A DNA stretch of 63,642 bases, counting the filler, from Lenisia limosa (lineage: Eukaryota; Protista; Breviatea), in assembly GCA_001655205.1 (NCBI GenBank). It is 11 parts of 11 records of this genome, joined end to end, with 100 filler letters (N's around TTAATTAATTAA, not from the genome) between each part and the next. Parts side by side here need not be neighbours in the genome. Positions count along the whole stretch, not along the records: positions 1 to 27,699 come from LPNZ01007914.1; 10 more parts are not named here. One strand, given 5' to 3'. The position numbers and the translations under genes were made by a program. The notes beneath the pieces are model-generated. The model made no database searches, was not told the DNA's origin, and saw nothing but the letters and a program-made list of their open reading frames with translations. Shown in pieces: positions 14,123 through 27,699 of this stretch; positions within the stretch are counted from its first letter, which is position 1; each line of letters begins with the position of its first letter.

Positions 14123-15325
14123 ATGGTTCTCAACTCTCGTGTACCTCAACTCTCAGGCCTGAAATACATCAAAGGAGAATCCATTAATAATATCACTGCT
14201 TTTGGGAAGCCTATTGTCTTAGAATTCTGGGCCACATGTATGTCGGGGTATTGCACCCTTCTTTTTTAGTCATGCTATCATCATGCAATTAAATTACATT
14301 TCCTTTTTTGGGTTATTAATGGTACATGACGCTTCTTATTCCGCAGCATTTATTGGGTGTTGGACAGCAGTGTTTTATTATAGGAATTGATTTGATATGT
14401 CTGTGAGGTATCGTTATGTTTCAGGGTGCGGGCCATGCAGACAGTCGGTGCCACATCTGACAAACATTCAGGTGAGGTTTCTGTCTTCTTACTTTAACTA
14501 TGACAGAAACGTTTTGGTGACAAAATGGCCATTATTGGAATTACCAGTGAAACTGAAGATGTTTGGGGGGGGGGGTCGTTTCTTTGCTATGTTAGATGTA
14601 TGAACTAGGCGTCGTTACTGGTCCCATTTGTTTTTCATATTGACGATATGATAGTACGTCATTAGGTGTAATTCTTATTTATGGAAGCTCATTTTAAAGC
14701 TATCCATTCATGTATTATTAACCTTTTCAGAAAGCAGGTCCTTTTGTCACCCAAATGGGAGCAAAAATGGACTACCGTGTCGCTCTTGGTTAGGGGGTTC
14801 TCTTTAACATTGGCCTCTGCTGTTGTTGGTGGTTCTCACGCTCCAGACACAATGGGAAGTGCGCAGCAGCTGATGGAACAAGCTGGAGCACGTGGCATCC
14901 CCCACGCGTTTATTGTTGACCACACTGGAACCATCAAATGTGGGTGGCGTTGATTCACGATTTCCTTGAGATTATTCCTTATTCTCGCAGACTCCGGCCA
15001 CCCCATGCAACCGGACTTCATGCAGACTTTGGAGCAGGCCGTCAGAGACGCCGAGCCAAAAGAGCGTAAGCTTCCGTGAAAGTGCTTATTGTCCAGCCCT
15101 CCCTCTCATCATGTCAACGCGAGATGAGCTCAAGGCCATGTCCATCAAGGAGCTAAAGACTATCCTGAAGGACAGAAAAGTCTCAATGGCCGGTGAGTGT
15201 TCACTGATTGATTGTATTTTGAAACCTGGTCATTTTGACGTTTTTTTCTAGGACTTGTCGAAAAAGATGACCTTGTTGACAAGGTTGTGGAAGCCTGTTC
15301 CACCACTATTTACTACAAGAGTTAA
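14123..15325 (+). CDS. TlpA/redoxin-family thioredoxin-like protein (WCGPC) with C-terminal SAP/ARMET_C-like helical domain, 8 exons
   Basis: Splice model: MVLNSRVPQLSGLKYIKG...PIVLEFWAT|WCGPCRQSVPHLTNIQ|KRFGDKMAIIGITSETED|...GARGIPHAFIVDHTGTIK|YSGHPMQPDF...|ELKAMSIKELKTILKDRKVSMA|GLVEKDDLVDKV...YKS*. All introns GT-AG; TAA at 15323-15325. Confidence 0.85.
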
Positions 15326-15779
15326 TGGCAGTCGTGTGTTCTGGTTTTATGGAATGTTATTTATGTTTTTCTTCGGAATTGAACCTATTTTAGGTGCATT
15401 GTCCAAACTTGAACTTCATATCAAAAACTCTCATGACGTTCCATGGAGGATGGGTATATTTATGTTTATTCCTATATTGCTATATTCCTCTTTGATGATT
15501 GAGTGGTGGTCAAGTAGTAAATATCCTTTTTCTCGATAAAACTTAATAATCAACACGCGCATGTTATACCACCGTATCTTACACGGTATTCTCACACCAC
15601 AGCAACTTGCCTTATAAGGTAAGTTGTCAGCCACTTTTACTGCTTGTTTTGATGTGGTCCTTTATTCGCATCCTGTCTCCCATCTTATATCTCTCAACTT
15701 TGAATTATTATATAAGTTGTTAAATCACGTGTTATAATTCCGTTGACACTCGTCTGATAGCATATCTGCCTATCTTCAG

Positions 15780-18709
15780 ACACATCACCTTCTTGTACAC
15801 AATGGTGAGGTGGCATGTTGTTGCATTACAATAGCAACAAAGCACCATGTCTCTTGGAACAGAGTTCGCTATTTCCTCTGAAGCGCAACCCCAAATGGTA
15901 CCGTGAACTGTATCTATTACAAATAGGCTCGAATGGAGATTGCAGAGTCCCAGCTTTCAATACCATCTATAGCGAGTCCGAAGGTATCAATATTCCAAAA
16001 CCTGGAACTACTCGGTAAGTAGGTGCATTCCTGACATTTTCAAATTCTACTTCAACTTGAAATACATTTTATCCATGATTCAATTTGACACAGAAGAAAA
16101 ACTCCTCCCCTCTAGTAAACCCCGGCCTGAGTTAGCCCCTCAAGTTGAGAATGAAAGTGAAAACAAGCATGTCAAACACTTGCTACCAAGAGTTTGTGAT
16201 GTTGTCACTCACAACTTGTAGTTTGCCTGTTTGTTGACACTTGGTGTGGTTATTATTAACCTTTTTGTTATTTGGTTAACCAGTGTTGTTTGGAGTGACC
16301 CAAATGTAATAGACTGGCAAGAAACTGTTGACTTCGCAGTATACCCTTCAACATTTACTGCAGCATCGTGAGTTCTAACAACTGTTACATTTAGGCTATT
16401 CAAACGTGCTAATATTGCAAAACTTCAATGTGAATCGGCCCAACTTCTGCTACGAGATATGGCAGATGTTAGCCTTGTTGGATTTTCGTCACCAATTGAG
16501 TCCATTATCAATTTAATCCATATCTTAAAGGTATTCTGTGTCAACTCAAGAAATAAACTCTGACATATCTAGCTCCATCCTTTACTTGCAGGGATAAACT
16601 TTTTTTCTTCAAATGGTTCTGGCTATGGATTATCCAGATCATTGACACTGAAGGTGGGAAATTGCCTGTTTACTGAGTAGAGTGGTGATCGCTTGATTTT
16701 TGCTGGTGTGAGCCAACCCAAAAATGGTTGGTGAAATGGTCATTAATTTAGTAGAAACCCTGTCACTTTTGGAGTGTCCTGTGTTTTGTGAAGATGATAG
16801 AAGTTTGTTGCAACCGTTGACCAGTCTTATTCCCTGAGACGTAATCCAAACCGCATACCTTGAAACTGACGACTTTGGTATTTCACTTCTCAAAGGAAGG
16901 TATTATCATTCCAAGCTATGTCAACCATTCAGCTTAATACCCATGATCTATGATGTGACACAACGACTATTTTACCTGAGCGCGGAGGCACTCAAGGATG
17001 AAAGCAATCCTGTAGGCTTGAAAGCAATTCCAACATTAGGTCTGGGCCAACCCTCATAAGGACACTGAAGGTTTCCTTGGACGCACTTTTAACAGTTTTC
17101 TGCCTAATAAGGTGAATTGCCAACTAACCTACAGTACCAAATAACATTGTAGCATATCTTAATAGATTGGCCTGATGACTATCTTTTGATCGGTTCTAGT
17201 TTCAAATCAGTTCTGGTTTTCGACACGGTGAGGTTCATTTCCATGATAGAGATGACATTTTAGGTGTCTTTTAACTTAAAATACCGAATTGGACTTTCAT
17301 CAATGTACACAAGGTTCCAACTCCACGCTCAATCAAACCGAGACGTTTGAAAGGGGTTTCACTTTTACCACACAAAACACAATCAGTTTCAATGACTCAT
17401 ACAATCTACCGCAAAATAACTTTGAAGGATGACTTTATTGGTGTACTTCTCAATTCAACCGGTTCCGATGCATCTGTGAAGTGCCCGGGATTGTGAACCC
17501 CCAAAAACATACTAATGTTATAGGGCAGCTCTCAGTGGAAAACCTTACTTCAAAATTAGCCAAATTATAGTCCCTGAAGGCTACATTTCAGTTGGCTTCG
17601 CCAGTTGGATTCACCTTGGCAGACCCTACATACAGCAACAAGCGACAGGTGGCAACTGTCTCTTACAGTTCTTGACTCTGGATTTACTGAGACCTGTCAA
17701 GACAGACCCAAATTAGAGAGCCCCCTCAATCTGATGGTTGACAAGATTTTAGTATGAGATCATCTTCTTCATCTCCAGTGGCTTCTCCTTGTCTATGTTG
17801 TTGTGTCATTTATAATAATATTTGCGTCATGTCTCTACTCCAAGGTGTGGGTCAAATTGACGAAAAAAGTCAACGCTCTTCGACAAAACGCTGATAAAAA
17901 AGAATGTAAGCAAGCCATGCACAATTATCTTTAAGTGGACAAATGGATCTGTTGCTTTTTGATACCACAACAAATTGACAGAACGCTCAAGAACATGGCG
18001 TGCCACTTCAAAGATGTTCTTGTATGTTCTACAGACTTGACCACCAGGGTGTAGAAGGAAGCTCGAAGAGCTTGGCTGTTTCATTCATTTTCCCAACTGG
18101 AGGTGAGTCTCATTTTTGCCATTTCAGACCTGGTTAGGGTTTATTGACTTAAAATCCCTGCGGGGGGACTTTTCACATCTCTTTCAATACGTGGCAAAAG
18201 CGGGTGGAAATGTGGGTGAAGAAGAATGGTAAGATAACGTTTAGGTCATGGCCGTGAACCCTTCGTATGTTTTAACCATTTTCAACACTCGTCAGGATGA
18301 GGCAATTTTCTCTTTGAAGTTCTTAAATGAAAAAGTAACTCCCAAATGTCTCACCAAATCCAGCTAACCAGCCCCCACGTTATCGTGCTCTCAGGCATCC
18401 AACCCAGTAAAGTAAGTGCTCGGCCTTCTAACCTTCAGACCCGCTCCCTTACTGGCGACCAGTGGTATGACATTCTGGAGACCTCTCGAGTTGGAGTCGA
18501 ACGTGGTGTTGGCTTTTCTTCTGTCATCGTCTAGGCCAACGTCGCCATCTCTGAGCAAAGTCTCTACATTCTCAACAAGGATGCCCATATCAAGTTGATC
18601 GATAGGGAAGTAAGCTGAACGGCCTTTTGACACCTAGGTCCCCACCTTTGAAGTGTTTGTGGAGGACTACCCGTCAGCCACGACCTCACCACTGGAGTCC
18701 CGGAGGTAA
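15780..18709 (+). CDS. Multi-exon membrane protein, possibly ending in a highly degenerate class III cyclase-like domain
   Basis: Many short plus-strand GT-AG introns. Hydrophobic segment near 17790-17850, then ICCFLIPQQID, and ...LTGDQWYDILETSR|ANVAISEQSLYILNKD...RR* (TAA 18707-18709). Cyclase resemblance is weak and the 5' end is uncertain. Confidence 0.4.
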
Positions 18710-18804
18710 ACATAAGGCACATGTATAGTAATATAACATACAATCATTAGAAGATACAAAAGAAACACTCATTCTTAATAAATTACACAAACATGGGAGT
18801 ACGA

Positions 18805-21800
18805 CTACTCTTCTAAAAGAATCTCAGACACCTGTGTCGTCAGAAATTACACAGTGAATGCCATCATACCGCGGGAGAAAGGGTGGTGGTTGAGGGGGCC
18901 GTTTTCAAGCTGGTCATGGACTGATGAGAATTGAGGACGGGCGAGGGTAAGGGATCAATGGTAGGAGAAGGGAGCGCCTGCTCATTGAGAAGCTGCTGTG
19001 TCAGCAAAGAGTGGGGAAACAAGACTAACACACTTTGCTAATCAGGGTCGGCTTGGGGGTGCTTGGTTCTGTGGATTTCGGGGAGTCAATACCAACAATA
19101 GTCCGAATGCCTCTATCCTGTTGTCTGCATAGTGAGAGCAAGCGACTGAAGAGCAGGGAAGACACCCCACATACGACTTCCAATACGCACGGTTGGTGCT
19201 GAGGCTCTGAAGCAGGCTTTCATCTTTACTCACTACTGTCCATGTTTCAAAAAGTGGCTACATTGGTTACGGTGACCGGAATATCATCCTACTTTGACCA
19301 CAAAATCCAAGAATCCCAGCTGCGACTTGGCAATGTCCATTGTGTCTCTGTCCATGAAGGGACTGATCGGCATTCCCCGGCTTGTCTACAGTATTATGTT
19401 GCCTTCAGAACAGCCAAAAGGCTGGACCCTACCTCCTTGTCTCCTTGTGCAAAAAACTCATTGTTGATACGCTAAAAAGTCAGAATAGCACATTGTGGAC
19501 AAGACAAAGGCCCCTTCTCACAGCAGTCCACTTGGTGGTTGCCTCTGTGTTTTTCGCAACATGCCCAATATCAGCAACCTACAAGATTAACGGACGGAAA
19601 CTCCCCCAAAGGTAGACCAATAACATTACCTTTAAGGCGACACTCAGAAGAGTACACCGCTGTTTCTTCTCTGAAATGGCAACCATGTCTAATGTGATAT
19701 TAGAGAAGTCACTAGAGATACCTTCTGGACTATTGCCCCCCCCCCCCCNNNNNNNNNNNNNNNNNNNNNNNNNNNNNNNNNNNNNNNNNNNNNNNNNNNN
19801 NNNNNNNNNNNNNNNNNNNNNNNNNNNNNNNNNNNNNNNGTTGATAACACAGAAATGCTTCGCCATATCTAAAGTGTAACAGGAATTCAACTCTGTAAAA
19901 AATAGCAACACCCTGTTCGCTACCTGTTGATAGGATGAGCTCCACGAAGAGATTTCGTATCTGAAATGGTCAGTGCTGACTACAGAAAACAAAGGGTCCA
20001 CTGCGCTCACTTCGGTGTAACCGTCGGGGCCAAGATTGTCGAAGAGGCCCGCTTCCTCCATCAAGGCAATACTGACACTACAATGGTGTCTCTCCAGTGG
20101 AGACAGGTCGTTGTGTGTGATGGCTGAATTCCGTCAGACCACCGCGCAAAACACCAACCCAATTTGTTCCTTGTTGCGATGATAAAGGCGTTGTTGCATC
20201 CCGAGTGGTCAATATCATGACAAATTGCCGCGAGGAGACACGTGAAAACTGAACCGTTAACTACTTATTCGCCATTGTTTACCTTCTTGGCTTGTCAGGT
20301 GGAGTCGAATGTTGACCTAAAGAATGATAAAGAACCCAAGATAGGCATCAATCTAGCAATGAAAGCAACCCACATTAGATATCAAGGAGAAGAGAGAGGC
20401 CGTGACATCCATTGCATGTTGGACATTGTGATACGGGTTGTTCTTGTATTGTAACGAGACCTACGGGGTGGGTGACAAATAGAAATTTGTTTGAACAAAT
20501 AAAAATAAAAAACAACTATATAGTCGAACCATTTTAACAGTGAGCTGTACTATATTATATGAATTGATGGTTTGGCGCACCAGTTGGACGAAGCGGTTGA
20601 ACTGTTCAACAGTGACACCAACATCGCTGAGAACTTTGGCTGACTTCAAGAGGTACGCCGACTAGGCGGTAACGGCAATGTTATTCGGGAAAAATATCTT
20701 AGCCTCAACTGACCAATTCCACAAGATTTCCTCCTTCTTTGGCGTACTTCAACGTAGGACAGTCAAACTTCATCATTTCGGGAAGTAAGTGCCGTGCCTT
20801 TTGTGGTAATATTTTAGGTGCATATTATGTACTCTCGTGTTGAAGCAAAAAGGTGAAGGTTTCAAAGAGAGCGAAACGCAGCCCACCGTTGTCACAGTCG
20901 TCTCCGGAGTTTCAGTTCCGTGCAAATGCTCGTGAGTAACCTCATTGATGCTCAAAAGACTAAGACGAGAGGAAGGGAGGACTTTAGCCCTCTACATTGC
21001 TGAGTCCAACCAGTGAATCAGGGGCACTAACCTCATCTTGAGTTGCGTAGTTCTTCATGAGCCAGTCACGGGTCTCTTGGTCTACTTGCTAAAGATGGTC
21101 AATGTTCAGTTTGATTAGGGTAAAAGCTGCCCGGTCCTACTTTGCCATTCTGTTGAGATTGTTTGATAATGTTCATCGCACCAAGACGTTCAGACAGTTT
21201 TTTGTTTTCCTTCTGCAAATGCCTTCTTAGAAGAAACTCCGTCCGGAGCGACAGATCAAACCGACGAAAACTGACACTAATCGAATAAGATCATGGAACA
21301 ATCTTACAAGAAAATGGTGTTGAAGATCGTCATCAACATCAAGTATCCTGGACCCTCTTCTCGACTGTAGTAAGGTTCTCCGTTTTCATCTAGATTCGTT
21401 AAAACATCAACGTTCTAGATCCTCCTTACAGTACACGCTGACAGCAATAAGATAGAGATAGAGCAGGAATATGAAGAACATTGTCGGTCTAAATGGGGTA
21501 ACACATTTAATTTAGAAAAATGAATGTAAATCAACCCCAGCCCAAAACCCACTCAAAGAGAAGCTGGAAGATCAAAGGACCCGCCATTGCAGCCAATGGA
21601 TACATGACAACCTGAATGTAAGGGGAAACCGTCTCCTGAACCAACTGTTCTTGAGTCTGTGTCATCTGCTTGCGCTCCTTCAGCGTGGAAGAAATGAGGA
21701 ATAATGTCTTGAAGGTAAAACAGAAATTCTCATATTTGACTTACAGGCAAGGAAGACAAAAGCTCCATTGAGGGAAAGGACCGTTTGGTACCAGGTAATA

Positions 21801-23100
21801 ACTAGGCGATGGAGAAATAAGCAAAAGAAAATTGATAGTGAGAAAACAAAGAGAGATGAACAAGAAAATAAATACAAAAAACAGCACTGCCCAAACATAC
21901 GTATTCCTTTCGAGGCCCTTTTAAAAAAATGAAACTGGAAAACACAAAAAAGAGAGTAGATGCCGTATCTAAAAAGGGTAAAAGGCATTGAAATAAAGTG
22001 AAACCGTCAATACTTACCAAACACCAAACCCACCCAATTGCAGTGTATATCGTCTGACCGTACTTGAAACTTCGGTACAGTGCAAGGAGAGTAATTAAAA
22101 TTGCCACTACCAATGATGTCTACAACCGTAACCCTTCACATATATATACTACATATAAGTTAACATATCGAGAGAGAGCGATGGCGTCTCACCATCCCCT
22201 TACCTTGACAAGCGGGAAGATGAACTTGGATATCTTTAACTAAAGTGTCAAACAAAAGAGTGTCATGGGGGGGGGGGGGATGCTTGTNNNNNNNNNNNNN
22301 NNNNNNNNNNNNNNNNNNNNNNNNNNNNNNNNNNNNNNNNNNNNNNNNNNNNNNNNNNNNNNNNNNNNNNNNNNNNNNNNNNNNNNNNNNNNNNNNNNNN
22401 NNNNNNNNNNNNNNNTTCATATATATTGTATATATTCCAAGATAACTAATGACAAGGAAAGCTTACAAGGTGAAAATAGCGGAAGTCTTTCTCTAGCTTC
22501 CGAGAGATGTACTGGTTGAAGATATTACGAGGGTGCGGCGCGACAATTGCCGATTCGTCAAGGCCTTGGTAAATATTAACTGACAACTAGGAGGAGTATA
22601 TATATTATCCAAGCTGACACGGTACCCAACCAACTGTAAGAACTGATGCCAGTGCTGATAGTGGTGCCTTTGATGGAGGCATTATCTGATAGCCCTGTCC
22701 TATTGGAATGGGATAGTGAGACGAAGGAAGGTGCACAAGAACAAATAAGAAGATTTGAGGAACGCTCTGATATGTAATATGTTAAGGTAATAATAATAAC
22801 CCAAGTTCTTGATATTCCTCCAAGAATGATGTCTGTGATGTAATAAAAGCAATTTAACACAAGAGCCGGAAAGAATGAGAAAGTGTCCGAAAAATGACTA
22901 GCCGCCTACCTTCTTCCAAGGACTGAAGGGAGAGGGGTGATGTTTGCTGAGACACTCATCTTCTTCCTTTTCTATATTGGAAGGAAAACACCGCCTTTTC
23001 CAGCTGAGAGGAATGCAGAATGCTCCAGAAGGTTGTCAGAAAAACCACTCACAAATCCCCTCACTCCGCCTCAGTCGAGGGTCAAGTATTATCTGGACCT
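18805..23100 (-). CDS. Class I 3',5'-cyclic nucleotide phosphodiesterase (PDEase_I) with N-terminal hydrophobic/transmembrane region
   Basis: Exons encode NPYHNVQHAMDVT, LLAAICHDIDHSGCNNAF, PLERHHC, DMAKHF, VADIGH, NNEFFAQGDKE, PISPFMDR, KSQLGFLDFV; stop TAG at 18807-18805. The catalytic call is strong; the 5' boundary (~21.5-23.1 kb) is approximate. Confidence 0.88.
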
Positions 23101-24522
23101 GATGGCCTCTTCTTGTGTTTCTTAGCTTCTCAATCAACAATTTCAATAAAAAGCATTGTTTGTGGAACAAAGGTTTTGCTTGTAATGGATGTATTATGAA
23201 TTGCCCTGGGGGATTCTACTTCATAATTCACTTCTACTTTTGGTAATTTCTCGGTTTTAGATGGAAAAAACAAAGCGGTAAATATCGGTCCGGTGAAACC
23301 TTGGCTCGGAATAAATCGTCTCACGCACAACTGACACGTTTTATATATATACAATGTAAACAAGGGGGGTGTCACTCCCAGTAAATATTACAAACCACAC
23401 ACACCATCACACCAGCCAATTTTTAAGCCAAGAGTACCAAAAAAAGACCGCAGACTGACCGACAGAAGATGAATTCGTGTCAGAGTTGGTGTATTTCCCC
23501 TGAAAAGCAGTTACTATCATATTACTGTGGTCCATTTTGCCATTTTGCTGGGTTTTTATTTCGAGGAGGAAGGAGAACGTCAGCGCAGTCCAGACAGACT
23601 TTTCCCAAACCTTCTTGTTTTTTATTGTTTTTTTTTTGTTTTTTCAGTTTTTTTCAGTTTTTTTTTTTCACCCAAGCATCATGAGAACACCGCGTTAATC
23701 AATTTCTGTTAGCTACTCTTTCTTTGATTCTTAATTAATGAATAATGTCACATATTTCAAATTCAAGCCAGATTCTACGAAAATTTTTGGAAAAGTCCGG
23801 ACTGTATGTCACTTTTCGCAAATAGAAAAAAGTTAAAAAAAGTCCGGACGGGATGTCGAATTCCCCAAAAATTTGTAAAAAAAAAATATACAGAAACTTC
23901 CTATTTAGGTAAAAATATATGTATATATTCTCATTCATCTATCTAGGGGTACGGCAGCAGACATGGAATTAAAAACACCTGGGTATACGCCACAGCTCAA
24001 AGTAACACCAGCAAAATACCTTAACACACCATCACACCAGCCAAATTCTACCATAGCACCATCACACCAGCCGTGCTGAGTGCTGGNNNNNNNNNNNNNN
24101 NNNNNNNNNNNNNNNNNNNNNNNNNNNNNNNNNNNNNNNNNNNNNNNCATTTCATTTCCAACAATTTACCAAATTACAAACGCCTTCAAAACGTGTGACA
24201 CATTTTCATGGCACCGATACATACACACATATAGCTACATAGCTATATACAAGACATACACTTAAAAATATATTACTAGTGAACGAGGATCATGACCATT
24301 ACACCTTCACATTAACGCCCATCATACTTGAAAGAGTCCTTGATGATGCAATTTCAATGTGAAAATACTGAATTGGGAGAAGGCTCTATATTCTGTGCCG
24401 TGTGTGTGTTTAAAATACTAGCCAATATTTAAATCTATACCGGATGACTCAAAAAATTAAATAGGCGACACTCAATGCATCTCTAATTATTTGAACAGCC
24501 CCTCCAAGATAATGAAATATAT

Positions 24523-27522
24523 CTAACAATTGACACTGAACATTGAGCTTGTACCCGTAAACTCTTTGGTCCCCTTATTGTCCTTGTAACATCCGTTGTG
24601 GATCAATTGAAAAGTGTTTCCTCTGACACACTCCGCTTTCCAACTACAAGGGTCAATGATACAACTACAAAAACAAACACGTGGCTATTACCTACCAGAG
24701 TGTAGCAAAGCTTCTTCCTTGCTTCTGAAACCACTCAAACTATTTGGTAAATATGCACTCTATTTCTTACAGTAGTGTTTGGATCAGCATCGTTAGCAAC
24801 TGTAAAACAAGAATCCTAAAAAAAATGAGATGTTCAATTTTTACATTTCCTTTGCAAGCTTGAACCTCAATGAACGAACCCCCTGGAGCAAAACAGTGTG
24901 CCGGGTGTGCTTGGTTGTTATTGCCAAAAGGGGGCAAACCTGACGTAAAAGTGGCACAAAATGTTCCATTGGTTTCAGTTACAGGGTCAGCAGCGAATCC
25001 AAATCCGTCTAAACGATAATTGCTGAGATGACTACTTTTGTGAGTTTTGTCATGTCCTGGTTTGATGTGTAGTGAAATGGTTGCGCCTTCCATGTCACGT
25101 GGAGGTGCGCCTAGACAATAAACAATAAACAACATCATATCCCAGTGAGATATAAAAATCAAGGTTGTATCTGGCCAAAGCCGTCCACACCATCACGATT
25201 ATAAGAGATATTGAATATGGTGTAATACTTATTTACCCAATTATTTGCCATAAAACTCTGGGCACAATAACAATATAGTTCTTCTCTGTTCATTTAATTA
25301 AACTTGTGGTTTGTTGTTTTGTGTCAAACCTATAACAGAATTCTCAATTTTGATTTGATTTGCAATATCCTGTGATGTTAATGCAAAATGTATACATGAT
25401 ATCTAACCTGAAAGATAGTTTGCACTGCTTGAAGCGTGTTTCCACCATAGATAGTGGAAGCGGCTTCATACCTTTAAGATCAAACAAATAGTTATGTTTC
25501 CAAACCTTTGCCCTTGATATTCCTCAAATGTCGTCAGATAGTCAGCGTACGAATTAGCCAATCCTCCAACAATTATCTAAAACATCAATTGAACAAGTGT
25601 AACCTCATTTTTTGGTATCTTCATTTCATTTGATAAGGTACTTGTCAACCTTCTTGAAAGGTAAGCCAAGAGTGAACATTACCTCCCGGCCATTGTCGTC
25701 ATTTCAAATGGAACCGCAGCAATTACTATGGGTCCAAACTAAATGTCAGAACTAGTGCCTGTTACCTGGTGAAGCTGAAAAGGTAACACTTTTGGAGTCC
25801 ACGGATACCATTTAATTTCACCAGTGTCCAACAGGATGGGTTTAGGTATCTTTGATATCAGCAGATAACATCACCTACGTGACAATGTATTTGGCTCTTT
25901 GAAGGTTTCTTGATGAAGTTTCTCAGAAGATTCCACAGCGGAGTTCCAGTCCCATTTGTTCCTAGAAGTAATACAAAAGGCTTCGAAACCTTGGTCGAAC
26001 CAGAACGTAGCCCCGGGTCCGTCTGTGGTGCCAGCAGCAAATGAGTACCTAAACAGTCAAAACAACTCCTATCTAACCCCATTGCTGCTTTGCAAAGCGA
26101 TAGATTATTTTCTTCAAATTTGAATTGAAAAGATGGCATATCAATGTATTGCAAGTAGTAGCGTAATTTGCCTTGTTACCCAATCAAAGAACCTTTGAGA
26201 ACTGGGTACGTTACCGCTTTCTTCCACCCAATATAGGCATCTTTGAATTGTTTGACAGCAGACAGATGAAGTGATTCCCATGGGTCTTCCGATTCAGCAT
26301 GTCCCTGACAAGGTGCTTATAGGTGACCATAAAATGTGACGCACTTACCCGAATCGCTGCACTTTGTTGCATTTGAACCACATTTATGGCCAAAAGTGCC
26401 ATCCTTGTGGCAGAAGGATCCTGCAATATTTGGAGTTACATCCCCCTCATTGCTACAATAACTAACGATCAACCAACAAACCTCTGAGCTGATGCCATGA
26501 CAAAGTCACAATGTCCAATTGGAACCTCTTTGCAGATTTGCCTTTCAAACATCAAGCTTGCCAGTCCTAGTGTCATAGCGTTAAATAAACCTTTATTATC
26601 ACTAGATATCAATTTATTTGTGTTGGGTAAACTTACCCCGTGCACAGGATACCTTAAAATTACCACAAAGTGGGCTTACCAGTTGATTAGACCAATTGGT
26701 TTTCCATCCTCAAGGTCAAATCTGAATGTAACCTCGAGTTATTCTACCTTAGCATCTGATTGACAGTGTCAACATTCGACTTGAAGAGGTCTCTCTCCTA
26801 CAGATAAAAAGTTGATTGTGTCATACTGCCTTTGGATTGAGGAGATATGATGTTGGCGATCTTGACACTCCGATCAACTCACTCCCTTGGTTAGAGAACA
26901 TTTTGACGGTACCCCGGTCTCTCTTGATATAAGCCTTTTGAGTCAGTTGTTGTAAACATTGTCACTAACATAACACCATCAAACCGTAATAACACTCCTG
27001 CAAATGCCTCGAACTACTGTCCAGAAATGTTGCTTGTGGAACCCCAGCATACTCAAGTTATACATGAGATCCCAAGACAGCCCTCCAGGACCTTGACGAT
27101 GATACTTGATAAGCACCATAACTTACTGGCGTGGGTATGAGTTGCAGCAATCATCAGATTACCATCCCCAATTTCAGGTACTAAACTTGAAACCAACTGC
27201 GTGACCTTTCGTTTGATAGATTCAAATGAACTACAAAGCTCCACAGAAACATAAACCATCTAATGGGGTGAAAACAGAGTTCCCAAACTGTGGTGTTTCC
27301 ATCGTTGATTGAGAACGCGCGTGACCAGAGCCTGGTATGGATACCTGTAGATCATCACATTATTTTGTTCTTACCTCCTGTTTTCTGTGAAGGAGATGCA
27401 TATCCCATCATTCCCACTAAAGCATGAAACACACAAACATCATACCATCCCCAGCAGGACCAGTTATATCACTCATATGGGTGCCAATTAAATAGATCCC
27501 ATTTGCAGCATCGGCACGACTC
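24523..27522 (-). CDS. ASAH2: Neutral/alkaline non-lysosomal ceramidase; 5' exon lost at contig end
   Basis: YLIGTHMSDITGPAGD..GMMGYA..GIHTRLWSRAF, NLMIAATHTHASPGG, SRSPTSYLLNP, INW|YPVHGVS..NKLISSDNKG, SNEGDVTPNI, and C-terminal GSFIEVQ...EFTGTSSMFSVNC* (TAG 24525-24523). Hallmark motifs occur in the family order. Confidence 0.9.
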
Positions 27523-27699
27523 CTATGAAGATAAGGATGTAAGGTCACTTATGAAACGAACATATATAATATATATCGATATATGATAAATATATCATAT
27601 ATATAGTATATCATATCTATATAATATATGATATGTATATATATATATATATAAGTGGCCGAGTTTGGCCTTGACCGCGTATTTGGCCTTGACCGCGTA

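Noticed and set aside
15800-18100. Apparent decayed retroelement or viral sequence (stops in all frames, CVLCGK zinc-finger-like word on the minus strand)
   Set aside because: Explained by a plus-strand gene with many tiny introns; no RT, integrase or capsid motifs.
24500-27500. Stop-rich region first read as a pseudogene
   Set aside because: It splices cleanly into a neutral ceramidase.
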